Below, one piece after another: positions 35,630 to 45,495 of a DNA stretch of 64,000 nt; the first letter of the stretch is position 1, and each line of letters opens with the position of its first letter. Origin of the DNA: Ktedonobacteria bacterium (GTDB lineage Bacteria > Chloroflexota > Ktedonobacteria > Ktedonobacterales > JACDGC01); assembly GCA_027459785.1 (NCBI GenBank), contig DAIDGU010000087.1:12707-76706 (forward strand), read 5' to 3'. The position numbers and the translations under genes are program-made. The notes under the pieces were generated by a model that worked only from the letters and a program-made list of their open reading frames with translations, was not told the origin of the DNA and ran no database searches.

Positions 35630-36860
35630 GGGCCAACCTCAAGCCGAGCAAATGCGCCATCGCGTGCAAAGCGGCCTGGGCGGTCGTGCGCTCCGCGCCG
35701 GTATACGTCCCTGCCAGGATGCCTGCCGCCACGCGCTCCAGTTCCGCCAGGGCGCGCGGGGTGTCCAGGTCGTCTTCCAGCGCGGCGATGAAGGTTGCTG
35801 CCGGCGCGAAACGCTCACGGATCGACCACAGCGCGTAGGCCGGCGTCGCCGCCTGCTCCGCCCCCAAACGCGCGGCTTCTTGCAGGCGCAGGGTTCGCGC
35901 CTGGGCCTGCTGCATGTCGGCCTCGAAATATTCCCACGCTTCCCGATAGTGATGGGTGGCGAGCAGCAGCCGCACCGCGTCTGCGTCATAATGTTTCAGC
36001 AATTGGCCCACGATGGTCAAGTTGCCCTTGGACTTGCTCATCTTCTCGCCATCCAGCGCCACCATGCTGACGTGCATCCATTCGCGCACGTAGGGGCGCA
36101 CGCCGGTCGCGTTCTCGGATTGCACGATCTCGCTGCTGTGGTGCGGGAAGATCAGATCTGTGCCGCCGCCGTGGATGTCGATAGTGGGGCCGAGATAGCG
36201 CGTCGCCATCGCCGTACATTCGATGTGCCAGCCGGGCCGTCCCGGCCCCCACGGGCTGGCCCACGCCGGCTCGTCCGGTTGCGCCTGCGCCCGCCAGAGC
36301 AAGAAGTCCAGCGGGTCACGCTTGCGCGGGTCATTGGGATCATTGCCGTGTTCGTTCGCCTCAGCCAAGAGTTGCGCATAGGTGTCGAAGCCGGCGGCCT
36401 TCGCCAGATCTCCATAGGTCGGATCGCTCTGCGCGGCGAAATAGATCCAGCCGTCGCTGATATAGGCATTGCCTTTATCCAGCAAGGTTTGGATGATAGC
36501 GAACATCGTCTGTAACTCTTCCGAGGCGCGCACATAATGGTCCGGCATGGCGACATTGATCGCCGCCATCTCGCGCAAAAAGCGGTCCGTTTCGCGCTGC
36601 GCCAGTTCGTTCCAGTGGATGCCCAGTTCCTCAGCTTTAGCGAAGAGCGGATCGTCGATGTCGGTGACGTTCTGCGTATAGGTCACGGCCAGGCTCTGAG
36701 CGCGCAGGAAGCGGACGAGGGTGTCGAAGGTAGCAAAGACGAAGGCATGCCCCAGGTGCGCGGTATCATAGGGCGTAACGCCACAGACATACAGGCGCAC
36801 ATGACCATCCGGCGCGGTGAACTCTGCCACGCGCTGCGTCATCGTGTTGAAAAGGCGCAT
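35622..36860 (-). CDS. Class-I cysteine ligase of MshC type (CysRS paralogue lacking the C-terminal anticodon-binding extension)
   Basis: '[14 protein letters not shown]' (HIGH), '[14 protein letters not shown]', 'GRPGWHIEC', '[11 protein letters not shown]', 'KMSKSKGN'; 412 aa, ends soon after the post-KMSKS helical domain. Confidence 0.7.
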   Translation of the reverse strand: MRLFNTMTQRVAEFTAPDGHVRLYVCGVTPYDTAHLGHAFVFATFDTLVRFLRAQSLAVTYTQNVTDIDDPLFAKAEELGIHWNELAQRETDRFLREMAAINVAMPDHYVRASEELQTMFAIIQTLLDKGNAYISDGWIYFAAQSDPTYGDLAKAAGFDTYAQLLAEANEHGNDPNDPRKRDPLDFLLWRAQAQPDEPAWASPWGPGRPGWHIECTAMATRYLGPTIDIHGGGTDLIFPHHSSEIVQSENATGVRPYVREWMHVSMVALDGEKMSKSKGNLTIVGQLLKHYDADAVRLLLATHHYREAWEYFEADMQQAQARTLRLQEAARLGAEQAATPAYALWSIRERFAPAATFIAALEDDLDTPRALAELERVAAGILAGTYTGAERTTAQAALHAMAHLLGLRLARA

Positions 36861-36866
36861 CGACTT

Positions 36867-37670
36867 TCAGTTCGCTCCTTTGCGAGATTCGTCCGCTGCC
36901 AGCGGGGGCAGGCCGAAGAGGGTGGCGGCATTGGCGCTGGTGGCGGCGGCGAGGTCGGCGAGGGCCATGCCGCGCAGTTCGGCGACGCGGGCGGCGTTCT
37001 TGGCGACATTCGCCGGTTCGTTGCGGTCGCGCCGATGTGGGTGCGGCGTCAGGTAAGGGCAATCCGTCTCCACCAGAATGCGATCCAGCGGCGCCCAGGC
37101 GGCGACATCGGCCAGCGCGGTGTTCGCGGGGTACGTCACCGGGCCGGCGAACGAGAGATACATCCCCAGCGCCAGGCCGTCCTCCGCCATCTGGCGGTCG
37201 CCGATGAAACAGTGCCACACACCGCGCACCGTGCCGTAAGGCCGCAAGACCTCCATGATGGCCGCGTGGGCCTCGCGGTTATGCACGACGATGGGCAGGT
37301 CCAGTTCGCGTGCCAGCGCCACCTGCGCGGCGAAGGCACGGCGCTGATCCTCCGCCGGCGCGAAGTTGCGATAAAAATCCAGGCCGATCTCGCCGAGCGC
37401 AACGATCCCGTCGCGCCCGCACAGCGCGCGGATCGCCGCCAGCGTGGCATCCGTGAAGCCGGTGGTATCGTGTGGATGCACGCCGGCACAGGCATAGATT
37501 TCGCCCGGATGGTCGGCGGCAAGCTGAATGGCTAGCTCGCTGGTGGCAACATCCACGCCGGGGCAGATCAGCCGCGCCACACCGGCCTCCCGCGCGCGTT
37601 GCAGCACAGCGGCACGGTCGCGGTCGAACTGGCGCATCTGCACATGCGCGTGGGTATCCGTGAGTGACAC
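36867..37670 (-). CDS. TatD-family metal-dependent hydrolase
   Basis: Within ORF 36867..37799; 'LTDTHAHV', 'GEIGLDF', 'VVHNREA', 'ETDCPYL'; GTG 37670 after GAGGAAAG (longer starts possible). Confidence 0.85.
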   Translation of the reverse strand: MSLTDTHAHVQMRQFDRDRAAVLQRAREAGVARLICPGVDVATSELAIQLAADHPGEIYACAGVHPHDTTGFTDATLAAIRALCGRDGIVALGEIGLDFYRNFAPAEDQRRAFAAQVALARELDLPIVVHNREAHAAIMEVLRPYGTVRGVWHCFIGDRQMAEDGLALGMYLSFAGPVTYPANTALADVAAWAPLDRILVETDCPYLTPHPHRRDRNEPANVAKNAARVAELRGMALADLAAATSANAATLFGLPPLAADESRKGAN

Positions 37671-37832
37671 AATAACGCTACTTTCCTCATGGCTGACAGT
37701 TGAGATCACCTTGATATTTTGTAGCATAGCACAAAGTCGGGGGGCAAGACGAACGCGATCAGTACAACTCTTTCCTACCGGGCTATCAAAACCCCCCAAT
37801 CCTATAAACCCTGATTTATATATCCACCCCTC

Positions 37833-37862
37833 TTGACAAACGCCTTGTCCATCTGTTATATA
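37833..37862 (+). promoter_or_regulatory. Candidate sigma-70 promoter for the ArsR-HTH/MIPS ORF, embedded in TTATATA repeats
   Basis: TTGACA (37833-37838), 17-18 nt spacer, TTATAT/TATATA; TTATATAT at 37816 and 37872, palindromic TTATATAA at 37856. Confidence 0.5.
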
Positions 37863-37945
37863 AATAGCAGCTTATATATCGCGGCCTCGTCTCCCGCACC
37901 CTAGCCATAGATGGTGGGTTGGGGGCGGGCGCAGGAGCGGATGTG

Positions 37946-39496
37946 ATGGCGAGCGAGTGGCAGGCGTACCCAGACCTCAAGCAGCACTTGAGCGCGCTCA
38001 ACGATCCTTTTCGTTTGAGCTTGCTGCGCCTGCTGGCGGAACGGCACGAGCTGACCGTCGGCGAGTTGGTGACGGCGCTAGGCCGCAGCCAACCGCTCGT
38101 CTCGTTTCATCTGAAGTTCCTCCGCGAAGCCGGCCTGGTACATCAGCGCCGGCAAGGCCGCCAGGTCTTTTACGCGCTGGATGCCGCGCAGTTCGCGCGG
38201 TTGCAACGCCTGCTGGAAAGCGTGGTGCTGCCGGAGGGGCTGCGGCGGCGCGTCAGTCAGGTCCGCGCGCGGGGCGCGGACGAAGCCGGGGAACGGCATG
38301 TGTGCCAGTACTGCGCCCACGTTCCCCCCTATAACGAGGAAGAAAGAACACAGATGGGTAAGAAGGTGCGCGCCGCGATCATCGGCGTGGGTAACTGTGC
38401 GTCGTCGCTGGTGCAAGGCATTGAGTATTATCGCAACGCCAGCGATACGGATTTCATCCCCGGCCTCATGCATGCGAACCTGGGTGGCTATCATGTCAGT
38501 GATATCGAGTTCAGCGCCGCCTTCGACATCGACACCACCAAGGTCGGCAAAGATCTCAGCGAGGCCATCTGGGCGGGCCAGAACAACACCATCAAGTTCG
38601 CCGATGTGCCGACCCTGAACGTCCCCGTACATCGCGGCATGACACACGACGGCCTGGGCAAATATCTCTCGCAGGTCATCACCAAAGCGCCTGGTTCGAC
38701 CAGCGACATCGTCAAAATCCTGCAAGACACCGGCACGGATGTCGTCATCAACTACCTGCCGGTGGGCAGCGAGACGGCGACGAAGTGGTATGTGGAGCAG
38801 ATCTTGCGCGCTGGCTGTGGCTTCGTCAACTGCATCCCCGTCTTCATCGGGCGCGAGCAGTATTGGCGCGAACGCTTCGAGGCGGAGAAGCTGCCGGTCG
38901 TCGGCGACGACATCAAGAGCCAGGTCGGCGCGACCATCGTCCACCGCACGCTGGCACGGCTGTTCCGCGAGCGCGGCGTGCGTCTGGAACGCACGATGCA
39001 GCTCAACGTCGGCGGCAACACCGACTTCCTGAACATGCTGGAGCGCGAGCGCCTCGAATCCAAAAAGATCTCCAAGACCAACTCCGTCACCAGCCAGCTC
39101 GACTACGATATCGGCAAAGACAACGTCCACATCGGCCCCAGCGACTACGTCGCCTGGCTCTCAGACCGCAAGTGGGCGTACATCCGCCTGGAAGGCCGCA
39201 CCTTCGGTGACGTGCCGCTGAACCTGGAACTGAAGCTGGAAGTGTGGGATTCGCCGAACAGCGCGGGCGTGGTCATCGATGCGGTGCGTTGCGCCAAGCT
39301 GGCGAAGGACAATGGCGTCGGCGGCGCGCTGCTGGGGCCGTCCTCTTACTTCATGAAGTCCCCGCCGGTGCAATACACCGATCCCCAGGCCCGCCAACTG
39401 GTGGAGCAGTTCATCCAACAGTACGGAGCCGCCGGCAGCAACGGCCAGGCCACGTCGGTAGACGCCGCCGCCCTGAGCGAAGTGCCAGCGGAGTAG
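37946..39496 (+). CDS. ino1: Single ORF fusing an ArsR/SmtB-type winged-HTH domain to myo-inositol-1-phosphate synthase
   Basis: Within ORF 37919..39496; '[44 protein letters not shown]'; then '[23 protein letters not shown]' onward is MIPS. No stop between the two parts; internal ATG 38355 has GAGGAAG upstream. Confidence 0.85.
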   Translation: MASEWQAYPDLKQHLSALNDPFRLSLLRLLAERHELTVGELVTALGRSQPLVSFHLKFLREAGLVHQRRQGRQVFYALDAAQFARLQRLLESVVLPEGLRRRVSQVRARGADEAGERHVCQYCAHVPPYNEEERTQMGKKVRAAIIGVGNCASSLVQGIEYYRNASDTDFIPGLMHANLGGYHVSDIEFSAAFDIDTTKVGKDLSEAIWAGQNNTIKFADVPTLNVPVHRGMTHDGLGKYLSQVITKAPGSTSDIVKILQDTGTDVVINYLPVGSETATKWYVEQILRAGCGFVNCIPVFIGREQYWRERFEAEKLPVVGDDIKSQVGATIVHRTLARLFRERGVRLERTMQLNVGGNTDFLNMLERERLESKKISKTNSVTSQLDYDIGKDNVHIGPSDYVAWLSDRKWAYIRLEGRTFGDVPLNLELKLEVWDSPNSAGVVIDAVRCAKLAKDNGVGGALLGPSSYFMKSPPVQYTDPQARQLVEQFIQQYGAAGSNGQATSVDAAALSEVPAE

Positions 39497-39543
39497 CCGG
39501 CCCCGCCCCCTGCCCCCTCCCCATCTGCGGATGGAGAGGGGGT
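39497..39543. repeat. F1 hairpin element (C-rich strand) abutting the MIPS stop codon
   Basis: CCGGCCCCGCCCCCTGCCCCCTCCCCATCTGCGGATGGAGAGGGGG starts 1 nt after TAG 39494-39496. Confidence 0.75.
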
Positions 39544-39597
39544 TTCCAATTGGCGCTTGGCAACATAATCGGGGGATGCCGCGTTCCAGGCCGTGCC

Positions 39598-40257
39598 TTA
39601 TGCGCCGATGAGAGCGCGCAGGCGCTGGATGGACTGGGCGGGCGTCTCGCGGTCGTTAAAGACGGCGGAGCCGGCGACCAGCACGTTCGCCCCCGCGCTG
39701 ACGGCCTGTGCCACGGTGCCTTCGTGGATGCCGCCATCCACCTCGATATCACGCGTCAGCCCGCGCGCATTCAACGCCTGGCGCAGTTGCGTCACTTTCG
39801 CCAGGCAATCGGGGATGAGCGCCTGACCGCCGAAGCCGGGATGCACGGTCATCACCAGGAACAGATCAGCATCAGTGAGATCGTCCATGATCGCCTGCAC
39901 CGGCGTGGCGGGGCTGATCGCCAGGCCGGCCTGCGCGCCATGCTGGCGGATGTAGCCCAGCAGTGGGCGCGGATCGGGCAACACTTCGCGGTGAACGATG
40001 ATGATGTTCGCCCCCGCGCGCAAGAAGTCATCCACATAGCGCGTGGGATCGGTGATCATCAGGTGGGCTTCGATGGGCAGTGTCGTGGCGCGGCGCACAG
40101 CCTCAACCCCCAGCGTGCCGATGCTGATGTTGGGGACGAAATGCCCATCCATCACGTCTACCTGAATGCGATCCGCGCCGGCAGCGGTGACAGCTTGCAC
40201 CTGCTCGCCCAGGCGCGTGAAATCGGCAGAAAGGATCGAGGGTACGATAAGTGCCAC
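39598..40257 (-). CDS. rpe: Ribulose-phosphate 3-epimerase
   Basis: 'IVPSILSADF', 'IQVDVMDGHFVPN', 'MTVHPGFGGQ', 'IEVDGGI'. Confidence 0.93.
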   Translation of the reverse strand: MALIVPSILSADFTRLGEQVQAVTAAGADRIQVDVMDGHFVPNISIGTLGVEAVRRATTLPIEAHLMITDPTRYVDDFLRAGANIIIVHREVLPDPRPLLGYIRQHGAQAGLAISPATPVQAIMDDLTDADLFLVMTVHPGFGGQALIPDCLAKVTQLRQALNARGLTRDIEVDGGIHEGTVAQAVSAGANVLVAGSAVFNDRETPAQSIQRLRALIGA

Positions 40258-40305
40258 GGTCAGACACTCCTTTTGAAAGTTGATCGCTAGCGAACACTAC
40301 TAGAT

Positions 40306-40432
40306 CGAACACGAAAGCCACGAAAGTGAACACGAAGATCACGAAAGAGCCATGAAAAAGTTATTTCTAAATTTTCGTAATCCTTCGTACTTCTTCTTAT
40401 TTTCGTGCGCGCTTTCGTGGCCTTCGTGTTCG
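40306..40432. repeat. Long heptad palindrome (family F4, CACGAAR repeats) between pgl and rpe
   Basis: Left arm CGAACACGAAAGCCACGAAAGTGAACACGAAGATCACGAAAG; right arm is its imperfect complement ...CTTTCGTGGCCTTCGTGTTCG; AT-rich centre. Confidence 0.8.
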
Positions 40433-40440
40433 AAAAACTC

Positions 40441-41223
40441 TCACATGTGCAGTTCGCCGGCGGAGGCCATGTCGAGCAGCCAGAGCAGTTGGCCCTGGGT
40501 GGGCTTGACGCGCTGCGAGGGCAACAGGTCTTGCGGGTTGGCGGGGATGTCTTCGAGCACCTTGGCTGTGATGCCGGCCTTGCCCGCGCTGGTGACGATG
40601 AAGGCGACCACCGCGCCGGCGTTCAGCACCGGCAGCGTGAGCGAGATGCGATCCACCAGCGGGTCCGGCCCGCTGTGGTGTTCCACGCCGACCACCAGGC
40701 GATCTTCGACATCGTCGACGGGGTTGCCAGGGAAGAGCGAGGCCACGTGACCATCCGGCCCCAGGCCCAGCAGGATGAAGTCCATGCGTGGCAGGGCCAA
40801 CAGCGTCGGATTGGTCACTGGCTCCAAGCCAAAGCTGCGCCGTAGTTCCTCCGCATAATGTTCGGCGGCCTGGTCACGCGGGTCTTCGCCGCGCATGCGA
40901 TGGACCTGCGCGGCGGGGATGGGAACCTTGCTCAGCAAATTATCGTTGGCCAGCTTGTAATTGCTGAGTGCGTTATCGGGCGGCACGCAGCGTTCGTCGC
41001 TGAACCAGATGTGGACCTGCCCCCACGCGATCTGAGCGAGATAGGCCGGCGTCGCCAGCAATTGATAGAGCGTGGTGGGCGACGAGCCGCCCGTGATCGT
41101 GACATCCGCCCGCCCGCGAGCCGCGACGGCCTCCTGGATCACCGTGACCATAAGGTCCGCCGCCGCCGTCGTCAACAGTTGCACATCAGGACTGATGCGG
41201 ACCGCGCCGCCCTCGCTCATCAT
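40441..41223 (-). CDS. pgl: 6-phosphogluconolactonase
   Basis: 'ITGGSSP', 'ILLGLGPDGHVASLFPG'; ATGA overlap with opcA stop. Confidence 0.9.
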   Translation of the reverse strand: MMSEGGAVRISPDVQLLTTAAADLMVTVIQEAVAARGRADVTITGGSSPTTLYQLLATPAYLAQIAWGQVHIWFSDERCVPPDNALSNYKLANDNLLSKVPIPAAQVHRMRGEDPRDQAAEHYAEELRRSFGLEPVTNPTLLALPRMDFILLGLGPDGHVASLFPGNPVDDVEDRLVVGVEHHSGPDPLVDRISLTLPVLNAGAVVAFIVTSAGKAGITAKVLEDIPANPQDLLPSQRVKPTQGQLLWLLDMASAGELHM

Positions 41224-42497
41224 CGCCGTTTGCCTCCCTTGCTAACCGGTGGCTTCACCAGCGGCTTCGCCGCCAGCAAGGCCGCCTCATACACCTGATC
41301 GTGGCCAAACACGCCCAATTGCGTATGCAACAGGCTGGTTTCGTTCGGGGCCGTCAGCGGCGAGCAGCGCGGCGGCATCGTCTCGCCTTCCGCCACGATG
41401 ACCGTCGTCGCATTTTTCAAATCGTCGTCGCGCCGCACCGTGAAAGTAGCCGACTGGCCACCGGCCACGCGCGCTTGAATGCCGACGCGCATCAGCGCGC
41501 CCACGCCCACGCAGGGATGCACCTCTGTTTGGCCCTGCGCGTTGACATCAACACAGATATCCTCGTCGCCATTGGTCAGCATCGGCCATTCCGCGCTAGA
41601 CATCGTCCACCAGTCATGCGTCTGCACGCCGAAGCGCGGCTCGATGGCGATCGTCACCGGCGCGCCCTGGTGCGTGCGCAGCCCGATCGTGCTCGCGCCC
41701 TGCGGCGTATGCATCGCCGTCAGCGACTGCCAGCGCAAACGGGAGGCGAACCAGCCGGCACAGAGATTCGCCTGCGCGGGGTTGGGATGCTCGCCCTGCG
41801 CCACGGCATATTCGATCTCGATGCGCTGCACGCCGTCCAGGTATGGGCGCAGGCGCGGCACGTCGAAGAACTGCGCCACCAGTTCGCGCCAGGGGCGCAG
41901 GCGGGTCCAGTTGAAATCGCTGAACGCGGTGCGGTTCGCCCCCTGCTGCGCCATCTCCGCCAGGCGGATGAACGCGGCATCGGGATCGGCGAAATCGGCG
42001 CTATCGACGATGACGCGGTCGCTGACATCGATCAGGTTTTGCACCAGATCGCCCTGCGGCATGCCGTCGGTCCACCAAACGAAGACGGGCAATTCCGTCA
42101 ACAGCAGGGGCAGCACGACGCCGGACAGGTGGCGAGCGGTTTCGCCGCGCGCATGGATCTTGATTTGCTCGGAGCAGGTCTGGCCCGCGCCGTGCTGCGG
42201 CACGTGGCAGTGCAGCGAGACTTCCGCGCGCAGGGGCGAGGTCGGCTCGTCGGGTTCGGCGATCAGGATGATGGAACGCGAGGGGTGTTGCCCCGTCAGC
42301 CCTTCCACCGCGCGCCCGACGCGCGCGCCCTGTTCCGCCCCGCGTGCATAGGCGACGAGCGTCATCACGCTGCTGCGCACGGCGACCTGCCCACCGTGGA
42401 TAATGCTCATATCACGTCCCAGTTGCGCCAGCGTCGCCTCAATCTGGCTCAGGGACACCTCATGCGCCTCTTCACGAGTGCTCGGCGCTTGTAACAC
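41220..42497 (-). CDS. opcA: Glucose-6-phosphate dehydrogenase assembly protein OpcA
   Basis: Within ORF 41220..42560; position between zwf and pgl, 'SSVMTLVAY' N-terminal OpcA-like segment; GTG 42497 after GGAGG overlaps zwf stop (TAGTG). Confidence 0.78.
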   Translation of the reverse strand: MLQAPSTREEAHEVSLSQIEATLAQLGRDMSIIHGGQVAVRSSVMTLVAYARGAEQGARVGRAVEGLTGQHPSRSIILIAEPDEPTSPLRAEVSLHCHVPQHGAGQTCSEQIKIHARGETARHLSGVVLPLLLTELPVFVWWTDGMPQGDLVQNLIDVSDRVIVDSADFADPDAAFIRLAEMAQQGANRTAFSDFNWTRLRPWRELVAQFFDVPRLRPYLDGVQRIEIEYAVAQGEHPNPAQANLCAGWFASRLRWQSLTAMHTPQGASTIGLRTHQGAPVTIAIEPRFGVQTHDWWTMSSAEWPMLTNGDEDICVDVNAQGQTEVHPCVGVGALMRVGIQARVAGGQSATFTVRRDDDLKNATTVIVAEGETMPPRCSPLTAPNETSLLHTQLGVFGHDQVYEAALLAAKPLVKPPVSKGGKRR

Positions 42498-44056
42498 TAT
42501 AACCGCCTCCAAGAACGCCCATCGCGTTCGATAAACTCTTCCGCGCGACGCGGCCCCCACGTCCCTGGATCATAAAGTTCCACGGGATTCGCGTCGGGTT
42601 CGGTCTGCCATCCAGCCTCGATGGCATCCACCAACTCCCAGGCCGCCTCGGTTTCATCACGCCGGGTGAACAGCGTGGAATCGCCGACCATGCAATCCAG
42701 CAACAGCCGCTCATACGCCTCCGGCGGCTCGCCGCCGAACGACGAACCGTAGAGAAATTCCATATTCATCGTGCGGATGTGCATCGCCTGGCCGGGCGCT
42801 TTGACGCCGAACTTCAGCGCGATGCCCTCATTGGGCTGGATGCGCATGGACAAAATATTTGGTTGTAACTCGTCAGCCCCCGTATTCCGAAACAGAGAAA
42901 ACGGCGGGCGCTTGAATTGGATGGCCACCTCGCTGATACGTTTCGGCAAGCGCTTGCCCGTGCGCAGGTAAAACGGCACGCCGGCCCAGCGCCAATTGTC
43001 GATGGCGATCTTCGCGGCGACGAACGTGTCGGTCGGCGAATTGGGTGCCACACCCTTCTCCTCCCGATAGCCGGGGACTTCCTGCGAGCCGATCCAGCCG
43101 GGGCCATACTGGCCGCGCACGGTGCATTCCGCCACCTCATCGATGCTCATCGGCATGATGGCGTGGAGGACTTTCACCTTTTCATCGCGCACCAGATTCG
43201 CGGCGAAGCCCGCCGGCGGCTCCATCGCCACCAGGGTCGTGAGCTGCAACATATGGTTTTGCACCATATCACGCAGCGTGCCGGCCTCTTCGTAATAGCC
43301 GCCGCGCCCCTCGACGCCGATGCTCTCGGCGACGGTGATCTGCACGTGGTCGATGTACTCGCGGGTCCAAATCGGCTCGAAGATGCCGTTGCCGAAGCGC
43401 AACACGAGGATGTTCTGCACGGTTTCCTTACCCAGATAATGATCGATGCGATAGATTTGATCTTCTTTGAACACTTGATTCAACTCAGCATTGAGTCGCA
43501 TCGCGGATTCGCGGTCGTGGCCGAACGGCTTCTCGACGATCAGCCGGCTGAAACTGGGGCCGGTCGTCGTGCGTTCCACCGCGCCCGCCGCGCCCAGGCG
43601 CTGCACGATATCATCATAGTAACGTGGCGGCGTCGCCAGGTAAAAGATACGGTTGCCGTTAGTGCCGCGCTCCTGATCCAGTTGGGTCAACTTCTCGGTC
43701 AACGTGCGATAGGCCGCGTCGTCGTCGAACTCCACCTGGCAATAGCTGATCCCCTTGGCGAACGTCTCCCACAGCGCCGGATCGTAGGGTTGGCGAGCGA
43801 ATTCCTTGACGCCGTCTTCAGCGTACTGGCGGAACTCCTCGTCGCTCCACGGGCGGCGGGCGACGCCGACGACGGTGAAGTTCGCCGGCAAGGGGGGCTG
43901 GTCAGCGGCGAGGCTATAGAGGGCGGGCAGCAGCTTGCGCTGGGTCAGGTCGCCGGTGGCCCCAAAGATCACCATGATGCATGGTGCCACCGTGCGCGTT
44001 TCCGACAGCCCCGCGCGCAAAGGATTATCCACTACGGATGGATTTTCAACCAGCAT
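42497..44056 (-). CDS. zwf: Glucose-6-phosphate 1-dehydrogenase
   Basis: Within ORF 42497..44131; 'IFGATGDLTQRKL', 'RIDHYLGKE' active-site motif; ATG 44056 after GGAGGG. Confidence 0.93.
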   Translation of the reverse strand: MLVENPSVVDNPLRAGLSETRTVAPCIMVIFGATGDLTQRKLLPALYSLAADQPPLPANFTVVGVARRPWSDEEFRQYAEDGVKEFARQPYDPALWETFAKGISYCQVEFDDDAAYRTLTEKLTQLDQERGTNGNRIFYLATPPRYYDDIVQRLGAAGAVERTTTGPSFSRLIVEKPFGHDRESAMRLNAELNQVFKEDQIYRIDHYLGKETVQNILVLRFGNGIFEPIWTREYIDHVQITVAESIGVEGRGGYYEEAGTLRDMVQNHMLQLTTLVAMEPPAGFAANLVRDEKVKVLHAIMPMSIDEVAECTVRGQYGPGWIGSQEVPGYREEKGVAPNSPTDTFVAAKIAIDNWRWAGVPFYLRTGKRLPKRISEVAIQFKRPPFSLFRNTGADELQPNILSMRIQPNEGIALKFGVKAPGQAMHIRTMNMEFLYGSSFGGEPPEAYERLLLDCMVGDSTLFTRRDETEAAWELVDAIEAGWQTEPDANPVELYDPGTWGPRRAEEFIERDGRSWRRL

Positions 44057-44183
44057 GACACCCTCCAACAATGTCGGGAGATTCCCTACATCCCCATCTT
44101 TGATCATACCACGATTCATGCCTACTGGCATAGGTCATCTGGCACATCCTGACCAGGACGTTTGGCGCAAGAAGGGGGCGACG

Positions 44184-44403
44184 GGACGGGAACACGGAGG
44201 ACACGGAACGTACCACGGAAGACACGGAAATAAGAAAAAAGGAGGCGGAACGCGAAATGACGCGAGATCGGCGCGAAATGACACGAGAGGTAAGCGAGCA
44301 TCCATTTCGTGCGATCTCGCAGATATTTCGTGGTATCTCGCGTTCCGTCTTCATCCTTTCCGTGTTCTCCGTGTCTATTTCCGTGCCTTCCGTGTTCCCG
44401 TCC
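44184..44403. repeat. Long heptad palindrome (F4; CACGGAA and CGCGAAATGAC repeats) between gnd and zwf
   Basis: Outer arms GGACGGGAACACGGAGGACACGGAA... / ...TTCCGTGCCTTCCGTGTTCCCGTCC are complementary; arms about 100 nt. Confidence 0.85.
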
Positions 44404-44409
44404 TCCTGC

Positions 44410-45330
44410 TTATTGCGCCGGTTTGCCGTCTTCGGTTTGCACCGCGTGGCCGCCGAATTGGTTGCGCAACGCCGCGATGACCTTGGCCGCGAACGATTCC
44501 GGCTGGCGTGAGTGGAAGCGTTCGAGCAGCGACAGCGTGATGACCGGCGCGGGAACGCTCTTGTCGATGGCCTCGGCCACCGTCCAGCGGCCCTCGCCCG
44601 AATCTTCGACGTAGCCGCGAATGTTGCTCAGATCCGAGCCGTCGGCCTTGAAGGCCAGTTCGGCCAGGTCCAGCAGCCAGGAGCGCACGACGCTGCCGTG
44701 CTGCCACACATGCGTGACATCCAGCAGATTCAGGTCATACTCAGACGCCTTGAGGATCTCGAAACCCTCGCCATAGGCTTGCAGCATGCCGTACTCTACG
44801 CCGTTATGCACCATCTTGACGAAATGCCCAGCACCGTGCGGGCCAAAGTAGCCGTAGCCGTCGGGCGGCGCGAGTGTCTTGAAGATCGGTTCCAGATGCT
44901 TGAAGATGTCTTGCTCGCCACCGATCATCAGCGAATAGCCTTCCTTCAGCCCCCACACGCCGCCGCTGGTGCCGCAGTCCATATAGTGAAAGCCCTTGGC
45001 CGTCAGGTCCACCGCGCGGCGCTTCGTGTCTTTGAACCACGAGTTGCCGCCGTCCACGATGATGTCGCCGGGCTTGAGCAGGGTGGTCAAGTGCGCCAGC
45101 GTCTCATCCACCACCTGGCCCGACGGCACCATAATCCACACGACCTTGGGCGAGTCGCTTAGCTTGCTCACCAGTTCTTCCATGCTATACGCCGGGATCG
45201 CGCCGTGCTGCGCCGCGAGATCCACCGGCCCCTTGCTGCGATTGCTGGCGATGACCTTATGCCCGCCCTGCACCAGCCGCGTGACCATGTTGCCGCCCAT
45301 GCGACCCAAGCCGTAAAATCCGATCTCCAC
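44410..45330 (-). CDS. gnd: 6-phosphogluconate dehydrogenase (decarboxylating), short about-300-aa form
   Basis: 'IGFYGLGRMGGNM' Rossmann motif, 'VDGGNS', 'GAGHFVKMVHNGVEYG'. Confidence 0.9.
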   Translation of the reverse strand: MEIGFYGLGRMGGNMVTRLVQGGHKVIASNRSKGPVDLAAQHGAIPAYSMEELVSKLSDSPKVVWIMVPSGQVVDETLAHLTTLLKPGDIIVDGGNSWFKDTKRRAVDLTAKGFHYMDCGTSGGVWGLKEGYSLMIGGEQDIFKHLEPIFKTLAPPDGYGYFGPHGAGHFVKMVHNGVEYGMLQAYGEGFEILKASEYDLNLLDVTHVWQHGSVVRSWLLDLAELAFKADGSDLSNIRGYVEDSGEGRWTVAEAIDKSVPAPVITLSLLERFHSRQPESFAAKVIAALRNQFGGHAVQTEDGKPAQ

Positions 45331-45370
45331 AGGTTGAATCTCCTCTTATCCTCTTATAAGGAAATGGTGC

Positions 45371-45476
45371 GGAACGCGAAATGACGCGATAGCTTCGCGA
45401 AATAACACGAGACATATTTAAAACTACAGCAATATCTCGCGCCTTTTCGCGGATTTTTCGTGTCATTTCGCGTTCC
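45371..45476. repeat. F4 palindrome between tal/pgi and gnd
   Basis: GGAACGCGAAATGACGCGA ... TCGTGTCATTTCGCGTTCC with AT-rich centre. Confidence 0.8.
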
Positions 45477-45495
45477 GTTCGTCTTTTTGTTCTCG

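Noticed and set aside
42498-42560. Longer opcA start overlapping zwf by 64 nt
   Set aside because: GTG 42497 has a GGAGG at proper spacing and forms a stop/start overlap (TAGTG) with zwf. The extension has no support.
44046-44354. 102-aa ORF (also 44257..44511, 48882..49244, 45354..45620) inside PPP intergenic spacers
   Set aside because: These ORFs read through the heptad palindromes and give periodic 'SRVISR/FRVFSV'-type low-complexity peptides in several frames. They are a consequence of the repeat, not genes.
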